Position numbers and translations under genes: made by a program. A DNA stretch of 64,000 nt from Lama guanicoe (lineage: Eukaryota), in assembly GCA_013239625.1 (NCBI GenBank), contig MU053881.1:14002373-14066372 (forward strand), given 5' to 3'. This document shows, piece by piece, positions 50,501 through 64,000 of this stretch. Numbering within the stretch: the first letter of the stretch is position 1; every line of letters begins with the position of its first letter. The notes beneath the pieces are model-generated. The model did no database searches, was not told the origin of the DNA, and saw only the letters and a list, made by a program, of their open reading frames with translations.

Positions 50501-51392
50501 GCCAGCCAGCTGTGCAAGGCAGAGCCATGAAGGGCTAGACTGTTGACCCTGCCCCTGGGGGTTCTGGATATACGTCTGGGAGGCTTTGAGCGCCTACAAA
50601 AGGGAGGGCTTAAATGACAGAAGGAAGAAAATGGGGGCAAAGTGCACCAAACGGGAACTTTGCCAATGCCACATTTTTATCTTGCCCTACCATAGGACAG
50701 TAAGGAAATTACTGTTACTTCAGGCAATTATATTTATTTTTGTGTTTACTTGAGCAATGGTCTGTCTGTCCTTTGTCTAGATTGTGCACTCCCTATAGGT
50801 AGGAGCCAGGTTTGGGGAGTTTTCTGTTGTTGTCCACTAATCCTTATCGAATGCCCAACATATTTAACTCACTGTGTGGATGTATTTTGGGGGTGAAAGA
50901 GTAAATGAATTTTATAGAAAATATTTCATCTTGGGAAGGGATTTAGAAGGCAGTTTTTAAAGAGTGAAGTGTCTAGAGAATCTGTCCTCTTCTTAATCTT
51001 CTCACCCAACCCTCACTGTCATTTGTTTATTATAATCTCTGACCCTCAACAGTGGAAATAGTCATCCAACCAGGTGTTACTCTAGAATCTTAGGGCAAAA
51101 GATGAGTCTCCCTCAGGAAGTATTGTGTAAGGAGCAAGTTGTAGTAAATGACCTTAGAGGTCAACCTATTTTTATGAAGTGTTGGATTTATTTTTACCTT
51201 TTACTTTTTCTAAATAAGATGAGGTTTGATAAAATGATGAAAATCAAGGAAAGAATGGACTTAGACATGGAATTTTATACAAAATTCGATCCATTGCAAA
51301 ATAGATGAGTTCTGTAATGTTGTACCAGCTTGATTTGCTTTAAAACATACCAGAAAGATGAGATTATTTTTCCCTTTCCATGAATGGTATTT

Positions 51393-51922
51393 TTCTATTT
51401 TTTTTAATTGTGCCTAATGTATTGTCTTCATTGGAGAATTGCTTGTTTGGGTCTTCCGCCCATTTTTTAATTGGATCATTTGTTTTTATGTTATTGAGTT
51501 GTATAGTGAATTTACAATGTGTTAATTTCTGGTGTACAGCATAGTGATTCAGTTGTGTGTATATACACACACATATATATGTATTCCTTTTCATATTCTT
51601 TTTCATTAAAGGCTATTAAAAGATATTGAATATAGTTCCCTGTGCTATACAGTATAAACTTGTTGTTTATCTATTTTATATGTAGTAGTTAGTATCTGCA
51701 AATCCCAAACTCTCAATTTATTCCTCCCCACTCCCTTTCCCCTGTAACCATGAAATTGTTTTCTATGTCTGTTTCTGTTTTGTAAATAAGCTCATTTGTG
51801 TCATTATTTTATATTCCACATATAAATGATATCATATGGTATTTTTCTTTCTCTTTCTGGCTTACTTCAGTTAGTACAACAATCTCCAGGTTCATCCGTG
51901 TTGTTGCAAATGGCATTATTCC

Positions 51923-51961
<39 letters not shown>

Positions 51962-52532
51962 AACTTCTTTATCCAGTCATCTATTGATGGATATTTAGAT
52001 TGTTTTCATGTCTTGGCTATTGTAAATAGTGCTGCTATGAACATTGGGGTGCTTATATCTTTTTGAATTAGAGTTTCCTCTGGATATATGCCTAGGAATG
52101 GGATTGCTGGATCATGTGGTAAGTCTATTTTTAGTATTTTGAGGAATTTCCATACTGTTCTCCATAGTGGTTGCACCAAACTCCACTCCCACCAGCAGTG
52201 TAGGAGGGTTCTCTTTTCTTCACACCCTGTCCAGCATTTAGTGTTTGTGGACTTTTGAATGATGGCCATTCTGACTGGTGTAAAGTGGTACCTCATTGTA
52301 GTTTTGATTTGCATTTCTCTGACAATTAGCAATGTTGAGCATTTTTGCACGTGCATATTGGCCATTTGTATGTCTTCACTGGAGAATTGCTAATTTGGGT
52401 CTTCTGCCCATTTTTTGATTGGACTGTTTGTTCTTATGTTATTGAGTTGTATGAGCTATTTGTATATTCTGGAAATCAAGCTTTTGTCACTTGCATCATT
52501 TGCAAATATTTCTCCCATTCCATTGGTCGTGT
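51393..52532 (-). mobile_element. 5'-truncated L1: ORF2 C-terminus and 3' UTR
   Basis: ORF 52006-52365 (-) contains [21 protein letters not shown]...LHCWWE...[11 protein letters not shown]...[13 protein letters not shown], the L1 ORF2p C-terminal domain. Cetartiodactyl-type 3' UTR and a candidate 14-bp TSD. Confidence 0.93.
51925..51958. repeat. (TG)17 microsatellite inside the L1
   Basis: Read directly. Confidence 0.97.
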
Positions 52533-52959
52533 CATAAATGATACTTATTTACCTTTTCAACTTCCAAAAATGTTGCCTATCGTATCATTCAGTGTTTTGT
52601 CAAAGTTTCTTCAGTTCTTGTCACCCTTCCCAGAGCAGCCAGGGTAGCTTTCCTGCTCCCTAACTCACGTGATGTCTGTCTGAAGTTCTGTGCCCAGTGG
52701 AAAGGAGCTAGAGAAACAGAGACACACTACACCCATCACCAACTGAAAGCTTATTGGTTCCTGGGCTTAGGGTCTCAGAATCCTTCTTAACACAGATCTC
52801 TAGGAAGCTATCAACGGCTCAGATGAAACTTATTGGCCAACTCCAATCCAGTCAGTAGTTCTTATCTCTTCACCACTCCTCATGTGTAATATTACTTTAA
52901 TGGAAAAACAGGTCCAGAAATCCTTCAGTTATCTCCAAAGAGGTGGAGAGATTGCCGTT

Positions 52960-53125
52960 TGGCTATTCAAAGTGAAGCCTGGAGACCAACAGAACTAGCA
53001 TCACCCGGTCACGTCTGAGAAATGCAGAATCCCAGGCCCCACCCCAAACCTAGTGCCTAATAATGTACATTTTCTCAAGATCCTCAGGTATTTTGGTATG
53101 CACATGATAGATCTAAAGGACAGTT
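52960..53125. mobile_element. MER5A-like hAT-Charlie element
   Basis: gcatcaccc...agaaatgcagaatcccaggccccaccccaaaccta...caagatcctcaggt. Confidence 0.8.
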
Positions 53126-53928
53126 TCTTGGGTTCATTCTCCCTCATATCTTCCTGTTTCCAAAATATCTCCCTGCTTTAATCCACAAAATGAAGCGCAT
53201 GTGAAGTAGAGAATTACTAAAAGTGCATTATTTCAATAGCTCATACCATTATCATGTTAGGCCAAAAAAAAATCTTTGATAGTAATTTGAAGGACACTTT
53301 CTCTATTTAAAAACAATTATTTACTCCTTAGAGCATTTCATCATTTTTCAAAGCAACTTCCCCTCCCTTCTCTCATTTGTTCCAAATGGTACCCCTACAA
53401 TAATGCCAAATCCTGACAAAAATGAGAGCTAGGATAAAGTGATGTTTGGTACTCTCAGGCTCTTCTTCTGAGCTTCTGTCCACTGTTATCTTAAGATTTC
53501 CAGTACTATCAGGTTCTCTTCAGCTCTTCCATTAAACAAAATCTATTCTTGGGACAATACACAATGCCAACCATTTATATTTTATATACTTTCACAGATT
53601 CATTCTGATAATATATAGTCATATCTCTCATGATGAAAGAAAGACTTGATTTTCCATTGAAGGAATATTACAGAAGAGGAAAATGAAGAGATAAGAAGTA
53701 CGGACCAGATCAGAGTTGGCCAATGAGTTTCACTTGAGCCATTGGTAGCTTCCTGGAGATCTGTGTTAAGAAGGATTCTGAGGCTGCATCTGGGTTCACC
53801 AGGAAAAAGGTTGTGATCCATTGATGATGTCTACCGTGGATATGGGGTAAAGCCATACATCAGTTACTAAGTTTCACGCCAACATTTACTAAATCTTTGC
53901 ATGTCATGCCTTAGGCTGCTTGCGTGCC

Positions 53929-54450
53929 GTCTTGCTTAGCTATTGCTAAATAACAAATTATCCCAAATGTGATGGCTTAAAAGAATAATATTTACTATCT
54001 CACAGTTGCTGTGCATCAGTAGTCTTTGAGCAGCTCTCCTGGGTTCTCTGTCTCAGGGTTTCTCACAAGGACACAATAAAGGTATTGGCCAAAGCCACAG
54101 TCTTACTCAAAGTCTCCAATGGGGACAGATGCGCTGCCGAGCTCGCTCAGTAGCATTGAGTTCTTCGAGGACTCTTGCTCTGGGGTCTCGGTTTCTTACC
54201 AGGCGTCGTCCGGAGGCAGCCCTCAGTCCTTTGCCAGGTTGCCGCTCCCCAGGGCAAGTGTGCAATGAGACTGAGAGAGGATATTAGCAAGAGGGGAGTG
54301 ACAGTCTTCCGTCACCTAGGTGTGGAAGTGTTCTCTCATCACCTTTGCCTGTTATGCTCATGAGATGTAAGTCAAGGGGAGGGGATTCATAGGGTGTGAC
54401 TTCTAAGAGGTAGGAATCATTTGGAGCCGTCTTACAAGCAGCCCGCCACC
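53929..54450 (-). mobile_element. MaLR LTR (MLT1F-like) inserted in a MIR (~53870-54625)
   Basis: ctattgctaaataacaaattatcccaaa...ctcacagttgctgtg...ggaggcagccctcagtcctttgcca...ggaatcatttggagccgtctta; MIR halves on both sides. Confidence 0.8.
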
Positions 54451-55269
54451 CGTGCTTTCTTCCGCTCCATCTTCACCATGACCTCTTAGGAAATTTTTTG
54501 TTGCCCATGTTTACAAGCGAAAAAGCAGGCCTAGAGAGGCAATCATTACTCAGGAAGGGACAGGGCTGGGGTTCTGACCCAGGTCTACCTGACTTTAAAG
54601 CTGCTGTTATTGTCACTGTTCCTTTTGCTATTTCTAGAATTACTTTATAGCGTGGTCTTCAAAATGTTTTGGCCGTGAACCCCTATTAGCAAAAACCTTC
54701 AGAATACACTGTTACTATATGCATGTGTCTTTATAAAGTGCACCTTAATTTGTAGTTAAACATGAGCTGAGCTCACTTCAAAAAGCGATGATGAATAGAA
54801 ATTCTTTAATCCACACTTCAGTGGACTGTCTCGCCCTCCCCTGGGGTCTCTCCCACATCAGAGACCACAGAGTTAACACCCTTCCAGCTGTGGCATCGTG
54901 TGATCCGTGACTCCCTAGTGGACAGCAAGTGGGCTGACTGGGGATACAGCTGAAAGCTTCTGCTGCCCAACCACCTAAATCAGGGAGAAACTGGCTGTCG
55001 GCCTCCTTCTCCCCCTGTGAGGAGTGTAGGAGGAACACTGAATGAGGAGGGGTTTGGACAATTCCATCCTCTTGCTTTGTGTCATCAAGTCACTTAAGGA
55101 TACTACAGGATTGGGGAAGCTTGCTCCCAGCCTCAGAGCTGGGGAGCTTCACTGGGGGAGAAAAGAAAAATGCCTTTAAATCTGCCTCCTAATCAGTCTT
55201 GAGGGATGGAGAAAAGTTCAGATACAGTTTCCAAGTAGAGCTCTATACTTTATAAAGACCTATTTATTA

Positions 55270-55750
55270 TTGTCTAAAAATTTACTGTCTCTTTATTTTA
55301 AGTAAGGAATCCACACACATGGTAAAAAACACAATGCATTTTGGATATTTAGTGGCAATTAAGCTCTCAGCAGAACCTGTCTTCAACCTCTCTGCTCCCT
55401 TCTCCTTAAGTAACTGCTTTATGTATATCCTCCCAGTGAAAGTCTGTATCCATTCAAATACAGAAGCAGATGCCCCTTATTTTTTTGCAACTCATATAGT
55501 ACTGCACACTGATCGACACTACATGTTTTTCCACTTATTGTTTCTGGGAGATGGTGTTACATTAGTACATACAACACTTTATTCTTAATGGACACATAAC
55601 ACTTTGTAGTATGAATGCACCAAAATTTATGTTACCAGTCAGCCCCCTGCAGGGGGTACTTAGGTTGATGCCAATCTTGGCTCTTATAAACAAAGGTGCA
55701 ATAAATAGATATATCCTTTGGAAAATTGTTTTGGAAAGCATTTGGCTTTT
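55270..55750 (-). mobile_element. Ancient L1 (L1ME-like) 3' fragment
   Basis: gtagtatgaatgcaccaaaattt...acttaggttgatgccaatcttggctcttataaacaaaggtgcaataaata. Confidence 0.6.
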
Positions 55751-56189
55751 TAATGTTGGTGTCTAATAGCCTTTTCTTCCTGACCACTTAAGAACTGTGT
55801 GGTCACTGTTTGAGCCCGGGTGGGGAAGCAACACTGACTAACTGGGACCTATGACCACCTTCTGGACTCTTCCTACTTCATCCTCTGACAGTGCTCCCCT
55901 TGCTCCAGTACTTGACCCCTTACCTGAGGAAGCTCACAGTGCTGCTGAGACAGTAGTCCTGTGTGGAGTTCCTGGAAGGCTGGGGAAACTGAGGCTCCAC
56001 CTGCCATCTCTGGATTTCCCAATGCAGCCCTGGAAACAAGTGTAAGAACTCTGCCATGGACTAGCTAACAGGATTAATCCAGTGCAGTGTGTGTGGCCTT
56101 GACCAGTGGCAGCACAGGGTGGTGGGAGGCTGCCAGCTTTCAGGTCAGTGTACTTGGACTGTGGGCGGTTGCCCAAATCAAGGTACTGC

Positions 56190-56600
56190 TGCTGGGTCAT
56201 GACCTTCTTGGGCGAGCTTCCCAGGTACAACCTGAAACCTCCCCGCCCCTTCCCCTTCCCACATGGGGGACCAGGAGAGACGGAGGACAGAGGCAGGTCA
56301 CTCCAGATTGGTAGGTGGCTGTTTAAATAAGCAGGGGAGCTTCCTGCTGCGGCTTGTCTTGGGCGGCCACATAGCATCCACCTGCTGAGTCTTGAAAGTG
56401 TATCCAGTTGAGCTCAGTCACATACACAGTCCAGATGATCTCAACACCACATTGCTCTCTCAAGCCTGCGTCCTTGGACAGCTTCTGTTGGGAGGAAGGC
56501 AAAAAGAATGCACGTTCTAAGGAAAAAGGAGGAGGTGACACCTTCTGATTGCCTGAGTCCAACTCCCAGGTCATACCTTTTTTGACGACCTCCCCTGGCA
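56190..56600 (-). mobile_element. ERVL-class LTR (MER73/MER74/LTR53 group)
   Basis: Minus strand caagacaagcc...gcttatttaaacagccacctaccaatctggagtgacctgcctct; plus strand gtccagatgatctcaacaccac...ctctcaagcctgcgtccttgg...gacctcccc. Both resemble the remembered consensus of this group. Confidence 0.6.
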
Positions 56601-57239
56601 GACACTGTCACCAGAAAATGGGGAATTGGATGTGGCCAGGCACAAAGCATAGGTTTGTGGGTTGTTTCAGCAGACCCTTCATCAGCGACCCTTTATCACC
56701 ATCCCTTCTGTAGCTCTGATCTTCTGTGCCTCTCTGGTCCTCTTTCCTCAGCCAGACCAGATGGCCTCTGCGTCACCCGTCGCAGGCTGTCCCCAGCTTT
56801 GTGACTGCCCACCACATGCTGGGTTAGGAGGGAGACGTCATGCTCAGGCATCTGCCTTTATTTTGTTTGATCCCCACCTTGGCAGATCACCCAGACCCCA
56901 CCAGCTGCGGAAATCTGCCCCTTCCTCTTGCCTTCCTGGCCAGCTGCGTGTGGGAATTAGCCACAGTTGCCCAGCTGAAACGCCTTCTGACAACGCATGT
57001 TTGCACTGATCTTCAAATCAGTATGCTAGCCAGGGTGACAGACGCACGCACTGAAGTCTCAGCCTCTGAGTCCTGACTGGGCACGATTTTTCACGTGTGG
57101 ACATGTTGTTAGAAGCCCACAAATGAGTGGGCTGACTGTTTTGTTCCCTGCCACCACGTGTCATGGAGGAAAACTCCTTAATAAATAGCCGGGGCAGCTA
57201 CATTTGAGTTCCTGTTTTATTTTGGGGTCTGCATGAGAC

Positions 57240-57795
<556 letters not shown>

Positions 57796-57799
57796 GGCT

Positions 57800-58320
57800 A
57801 ATTTGTGTAGCTGTCCCTGCAAGATTGTTTCTCTTTATTTCGTAAATGTGCAAACCCAGAAGCAGAGAAGGTAAATAACTTTCCTGAAACCAAAAGTAGC
57901 AGAACTGGGTTTTAAACTTAGGTCCATCTGCCTCACTAACTCCTCAGATAGCTGTTGGGTGCTTTCTATGTTCCAAGCACTGGGGATAGAGCAGCAAGGG
58001 AGCAAGACCTGGTCCTCTCGGAGCTGACGGTCTAACAGGAGCCATGGGGCTCCTTCACGCACCGTACTGCCTTTGTGAGGCTGCCCGAGGATGCTCTTGA
58101 CTGTAAGTGTCATAGCTGATAGGTACCAGGTGCTGCAGGATGCTCATTTGCTCTCTTCAGTAGCCCTATGAGGTAGCTACTATTATCATCATCTTAAAGA
58201 CTAGCAAACTGCGGCTCGCAGAAGGCAGAACACGTTGTCAAGGTCATGGAGCTAGAAGACAGTGGAGCTGGAATTTGAACCCAGGCAGCACACTAGCCTG
58301 GGTCATCATATTATTTCCAA
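57800..58320. mobile_element. Cluster of MIR and L2 fragments
   Basis: gtagcagaactgggttttaaacttaggtcc; ctatgttccaagcactgggga; agccctatgaggtagctactattatc...ggagctggaatttgaacccaggcag. Confidence 0.7.
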
Positions 58321-59329
58321 CAAGGCAAGGTGCCTTGTGCCTAGGATCAGAGCTGGGAATGAAAACAATGTCACTGTCACAGCCTATGTCTTACCACATG
58401 TAAGACGCGTCCCCTTTTCTGTGCCCTGAGCTCCTGTAGTTACCCTGTGAGGGTGAAAAGTACTAGAATTTTTCACATTCAGCCATGAAACAAAGAAATC
58501 GAGTGTAGTCTAATTAAAATCAGGCAGCAGGGCTTAAACCGACACCGCTCTCCTAAACTCTATTTAGTTGCATTTTCAAGGAGCCCTGCATCAAGAGAAA
58601 ATCTCCGCTAGGTCAGCCAGTGGCCTGTGGAATTGGAGCTTGCCTTGGCTGGATGCAGACAGGCGTGGCCTGAGCAGACGTGGCCAGGGGCAGAGCCCCG
58701 GCGTCCGGCTGATAAACACGCCACAGCCTGCTGATTTCTGCAGAGCTGCTGAACATCACGGAGAGGGCTGTGCTCCAAGAAGTCTGACAAACTTCAGTTC
58801 TGCCTCCCTGATTTGGAGGATTCATCTGAGTCTCCACAGGCACCTGGTGGGTCCAGGGGGCCAGAGATGCCAGCAATAAGTAAAATGCCACCAGCATGAC
58901 TTTCCCCCCTATTTGCTTGCTTTATTCATGGCTCACAGTGACCAGCCAGCAAGGGAGGGTCTGCACAACCTGAAGGCACCGTTAAGATTGTTGACAAGGA
59001 GTGGAAACAAGGCGGAGGAGAGAGGCTCCCTGCAGAAAACAAAGAGGCTTTACCCTTTGCAAACAGACAGTGTTTCACGGCTGGAGCCTGAGCTCGGGCT
59101 GCGTTACTTACAAAAGAGAACAGCCAGCCAAAACAGACACTAGATTTGTGTTCTCATTCGCAGCTTGGAATTAAGACATCTAAAGCAATGACTCCCTCCT
59201 AGGCCACCCCCGCACCTGCCTCCCGAGGTGGACGGTCATCTCAGGAGCACTTACAGAATGGCTCGAGGAGGCTGAGCAGGGTTGACGGAGCCAGACGTTG
59301 GCCAACGATGCCCTCCCTCCCTGAGGCCT

Positions 59330-59510
59330 TGCTGATCAGGGGTCTCATTTGAGCCTCACAGCCCCAAGGGAGGGGACAGGGTACTTTCACTTGTTTTTTT
59401 GCATGCACCAGCTCTGAACATCCAGACAGGTTATGCAGTCTGCCTAAAGTCACATAGCAATTTGATGGAAGAATTGGAACCAGAACTCTGATCTCCCTGC
59501 TCCTGGTGCT
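59330..59510 (-). mobile_element. MIR SINE
   Basis: tctcatttgagcctcacagcccc...tgcctaaagtcacatagcaa...ggaaccagaactctgatctccc. Confidence 0.65.
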
Positions 59511-60149
59511 CACTTAGACCTCAGCTACACCCCCAGGGGAAACGTGGGGATGCAGGCAGGGCACTCTGCACAGCACTGCAACCTGGGAAGCCCTCAGTCC
59601 CGCCTAGCTGGTATTCAGTGGCCGGGACCTCTAGCTGCTCTTTCCGTGGGGCCAAAGTGAAGACCAGTGTCTCAGTGTGTACGTCCACCTGCTGGGGTTA
59701 TGCTGACGAAGCTTCCAGGGACCACAGCAGAAGAAAACGTCCGTCTCAGTTAAAGCCCTTAAGAAAGCCTGCTGCATCTTTTTACCTGCAGAGGAAAACA
59801 CTGAGTTTTATATGAATAAACAGGAGGAAATTTGTACCTCTGACGACCCACAAGCTAACAGGAGTCTTTGCAATGGCAAATGGCCCCAGAGACTTCAGAC
59901 CCGCCATATTGGTTTTTTATAAAGTAGCTTTCGTTGTTGCTAATGGAAGTACCACGTTTTGACCTAGATGGATTCTGCAAAGCCCATCAAAGGAGCTGCG
60001 AGGTCAGGCTGCATGGGATGGGAGTGTTTGCCAGCCCATCTTGTGATTGCTCGCTCAAACAGAGAATGTCTCCGGCGCCCTGACACCCTCCCACTCAGAA
60101 CTTGTCACTACACTGATGAACAATAAAGCCAGGTGGACAAGAGAGGAAC

Positions 60150-60250
60150 AGGATGGGATTGGAAGCTGAGATCTGCCACTTTCTAGCTGTGTGACACTGG
60201 AAAAAACATTAACTACTCTGAGCCTGAAATTCCTCAACTATAAGATGGAG
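60150..60250 (+). mobile_element. MIR SINE fragment
   Basis: tctgccactttctagctgtgtgacactgg...ctctgagcctgaaattcctcaactataagatgg. Confidence 0.75.
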
Positions 60251-62262
60251 CTGCTAATGTAACCTAACAAATGGCACATAAGGTATAGAGCGGAATAAAT
60301 GGGCCATCTCAGAAACTGTGGAAGCACTATTCTCATAGAGCTGGAAATGACTCCAGAAATCGACCTCCCCCAGAGGTTCCCAGATCTGCCTGAGCATCAA
60401 CCTCAAGTGAGGTGCTTTCTAAAAATGTGAAAATGCACATGGCGAGGCCCCAGCATGTCTATCCTGTACAGCGTGCCTCTGTGCTCTAACTTCATAGACT
60501 TCCCTACTCCTCTGATATGCAATTACAGAGTCTGTCCAGGGCAAGAGTACAGCGTTTCCATGAACAAAATCTATTTTTTCAAAATCGAAGGCTAGGGACT
60601 GTTGGTGTCGTTGTGTCATGTACACATACACGCCGTATGTGGAGAGCGCTGATGGCTACTCTAAAGCTTTATTGAGTTACATAGCCTTATATAGCAAACA
60701 AGAATGACAAGGGAAATGGTTAACAGGCAGCATCTGGCTCAAGGTCAGAAGACTCTTTGTGTTTTGGTAAATCATGTTCGTGTTGGCACCAGCGAGCCTT
60801 ACAGCTTATCAGGGCGGAATGTATGAGAAACAGCTGCTTAAGAATATTCTTGGACTCAGGCGGCTGTGCCTGTCTTAGGTCGCCCCCCTCTGGGGATCTT
60901 ACCCGTCATTGGCTAGCCAGCCTTCTCACCTCTGAGTTTGCAGCTTTTTATAACTTGTTTACCATTCCAGCCCAAGGCTTGTTCCTTTGTTCCCACAGTC
61001 GGGGGGCTACAGGGACCAGGCTTCTATGTTTTTCGAAGCTCCTCAGGTGATTCTTAAGCAGTTGGACTGCAGTGAATCCTTAGAATGATCTTAGGAGCCA
61101 TTGACCTGAGCCCTGGAGAGGCCAAGAAACCTGAAGGTCATAGAACTTTGGAACTGAGGAGCCAGTTAGTAACGACACCCTCAGTTTTTCTGATTTCCAT
61201 TCTAATGGCCTTCGCACCAAGTCAGTGCAACAAAATTAAGAAAAGAACAGGACAGTCTTTGTGGTTGATTGTCTCAAGTGTGGTCCATGAGGTCCTAGTC
61301 TCTGATGTGTTAGCAGTTGTTGAGAGCCATCAACTGATTTCTCCCTGAGGGTTCACTCTGGATTTCAGTCAGAAACACAGACCTAGGAGTATTTGAGCAT
61401 CTGTCTGAGTGTTAAAGCGTCACTGACTTGCCCCAGGGAAGGCGGGTGTTTTAGGACACAGGGTCACAGACCAGCCATCAGAGCTCTATCCCGGGGACAC
61501 CACTTCCAGGTGGCTTCCTGGATGATGGGCATTGTGCCCAGAAGGAAATGTGCCAGTCAGAAAAGCAAACCTGGCAGGCACACCTGTAGAGGATGGCATG
61601 TACTGCCCACGTAACCTGAGGATAATATTAAGACCTACTTTCCCCTGAGAGCCGATCATGTGCCAAGAAATGTGCCAAGTATTAGGATAACAGTTGAGCA
61701 GTCTTAGGAGGATAACAGTCTTGATTTTCCTTTATTGTTCTTATTTTTCATTTATCATCATTGTAAGGATGAGGATATGTAAGCTTGGGAGGTGGTGGGG
61801 AGCATAGGTCTGAGATGAGCCTAAAGGCATATAAAAAAGAAAGATGGGAGATCCCTGCCTTTACTAATGTCAGCAAAATTTGTTTTTGATGCCATAACTG
61901 TTCATAGTGACTTTTCCTTTAAATAACAGAATTTTTGTTGCTGTTGGTATTTCTCTAAACTCCAGTCCTTTCAGTTGTAAAATATGGCTTCAATGTGCCT
62001 GTTCCTAAGCTTGCAAAGATTAAATGATTTAATGCATGAAAAGCACTTAACACAGTGAACACATCATAATTATTCAATGACTGTTAGATATTGTTGCAGT
62101 TACTATCAGGCTGCGGCTTTAGTTTTTAGAAGCGATAAAATTTACTCAAATCTAAGGGTAGAAAATAGAGTGGATTATTCAGCTGAGTGCATGTATATAA
62201 TAATAATAATAGTATTATTATTACATTTACACAATACGGCTACCATTTAGGGCTTCAGATAC

Positions 62263-62868
62263 AGAATTAGTTTTTTTTTTTAATTGCTGTGTTAGTATGT
62301 CCCCAGAAACGTAGCATAAAGCTGCACCCATTTATTCTGTCACAACTTCTCCAGGTTAGCGGCCAAGGCAAGGCATGGCTGGGTTCTCTCCTCAGGGTCT
62401 TCCAAGGCTGAAATCAAGGCATCAGCTGGGCTATGTTCCTTTCCATAGGTTCTGGGAAAGAAGCTACTTCCAGCCTTATTCAGAGTGTTGGCCAAAGTCA
62501 GCTCCTCGCAGTTGTAGCCTGTGGTCTCCATTTCCTTGCTAGCTGTCAGAAATCCTGGAGGTCATCTGCCTTCCTTGCCATGTGCGACCCTTCTGTCCAT
62601 CCATCTTCAAAGCCACAGAAGGAAAATCTCTCTCCCATCAAATCCCTCTCTCTCTTGTCAGGAAAAGTCCTGTCCCTTTGAGGGGCTCACCTTAGTAGTC
62701 TGACACCCAGGATAATCTGTCTTAAGGTCAACTGCTTTGGGACCTAAATTAGAACTGCCAGACCTTTTCCCCACAGTACCTAGACTAGCATTTGATGGAG
62801 TGAGACAAGGTGCGTGTAGACCTGGGACCATGAATCTCGGGAACCATCTTACAATTCTTCTTCCCATA
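62263..62868 (-). mobile_element. MaLR LTR (MLT1E-like)
   Basis: caaggctgaaatcaaggcatcagctgggct...cccaggataatct...ttaaggtcaactg...cacagtacctagactagcatttgat...ccatcttacaattct. Confidence 0.82.
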
Positions 62869-63289
62869 GACAGATTTTCTCATCAAGTCTGGCTCCACCC
62901 AAAATAAAATGGAGCTACAAAATGATGAGCGTGACTTGCTTTTTATGTGCAGCTTGTAAAATACTTAAAAGATTTTCCTCATTGTTTTATAATCATAGCC
63001 CATACGTGAGACACCCAAGCCCCTTGGCTGGCACTTAGCAGGAATGAGGGTTAAAGATGCTAATGGTAATACATTATTGCCTTGCTATGAATGATCCCAA
63101 ATATTCCTCAACACTGCCACTTAACCTTTTATGCCTGTTGGATCACCTGTAAAAGAAAGAGATGAGCATTTACCTCGCAGGGCTGATAGGAGAGTTGAAG
63201 GATCTGTTTCACATAAATGATTCTGCTGATGAATGGCTGCCATTTCTTGCAAGCTGCAGGCACTGCACAGACTTCCAGGGCCCTTGTGG

Positions 63290-63450
63290 TATCACGGAAG
63301 GTGTGTGGCTCCAGAGCTGAGGCCAGACCTACCATTCAATCCCAACCCTGACTCCTTGGGTGAAATTGTTAACTCCTCAGAGTCTCAGTAACTTCAGAGA
63401 GTGCTGATGAAAAGGATAGATTGTGGGTAATAATAAAGGATAGTTAATAG
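63290..63450 (+). mobile_element. MIR SINE fragment
   Basis: gtgtggctccagagctgaggccagacct...ttcaatccca...ccttggg...ttaactcctcagagtctcagt. Confidence 0.55.
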
Positions 63451-64000
63451 TCCACACATGGACCTAATCTACAGCATCCGTCCAGTGTGTACTGAGCAAG
63501 TCAATGTGGACGCCACAGTGATAACTCTTTGCTTCTAAACCTGCATTCATTCAAGTACCTCCTTCATAATTTTTGCCCTAAACACCTGCCATCCATTTGT
63601 ACCACCTGCAAGCCATACCTGTTCAATCGACTTTTTTTCTTATCTGTGAGATCATGGTCTTGATGTGCTTGTTTCATTTCTTCCTTAAGCTCATGTTAAA
63701 ATAAATGCGTGACTGTTAAAACCGTGCTGAGTAAGGATGTGAAAAGCCCCTTCCAAATGAAAGACAGTGCCCCTTGAGGTCTCTGAGGACATAAACTGAG
63801 AGCTGCCCCAATTTTAAATACTCTAATTTTGTTTTTTGAGAGAGCACCTTGAAATTGAATTTATCCGATGTTTTAAACATGCCTAGGGAATAGAAACAAA
63901 ATGAAAATATGCCAGGGACAAAACTCATACTCAGATCTTTCTAAAAGGCCCACATTTTTTCACATCCCAACCAAAAATGGGGCAACTCAGATGGAGGTGG

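Noticed and set aside
54785..54834. C/D snoRNA-like layout gcga-TGATGA...ctgt-c-tcgc
   Set aside because: Box D is CTGT rather than CTGA and the unit is only ~50 nt.
55934..56377. 147-aa minus-strand ORF with coding-like codons, and an apparent GC box/ATTGG/TTTAAATA plus-strand promoter
   Set aside because: Both overlap the 3' end of an ERVL-type LTR; the TATA-like motif corresponds to that LTR's degenerate poly(A) signal on the other strand.
63147..63174. Minus-strand donor and acceptor pair
   Set aside because: The implied intron is under 30 nt, below the spliceosomal minimum.

Overview
This is repeat-rich, non-coding placental-mammal DNA. It is probably a cetartiodactyl and most likely a camelid; that is an inference from the style of the L1 3' ends, the MER41-like ERV1 LTRs and the absence of Alu, B1, Bov-A, PRE1 or CHR-2 SINEs. 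I found no intact protein-coding gene, RNA gene or CRISPR array. The one confidently named gene-derived sequence is a 5'-truncated RPL23 processed pseudogene (57387-57698, +) with two in-frame stops, inserted into a MIR. The rest is MIR, L2 and L1 fragments, about nine MaLR (MLT1) LTRs, hAT-Charlie DNA transposons, an ERVL LTR, a well-preserved solo ERV LTR (11.6-12.0 kb) and a nested L1 5'UTR / MER41-like provirus remnant (8.1-11.2 kb). LTRs and L1s are mostly on the minus strand and several plus-strand splice signals follow a CpG-rich patch at 1.5-2.0 kb, which hints at a plus-strand transcription unit; this is unproven. I found no convincing previously undescribed biological system. Repeat family names are by-eye recognition from remembered consensus motifs and boundaries are approximate; RepeatMasker/Dfam is needed to confirm them.
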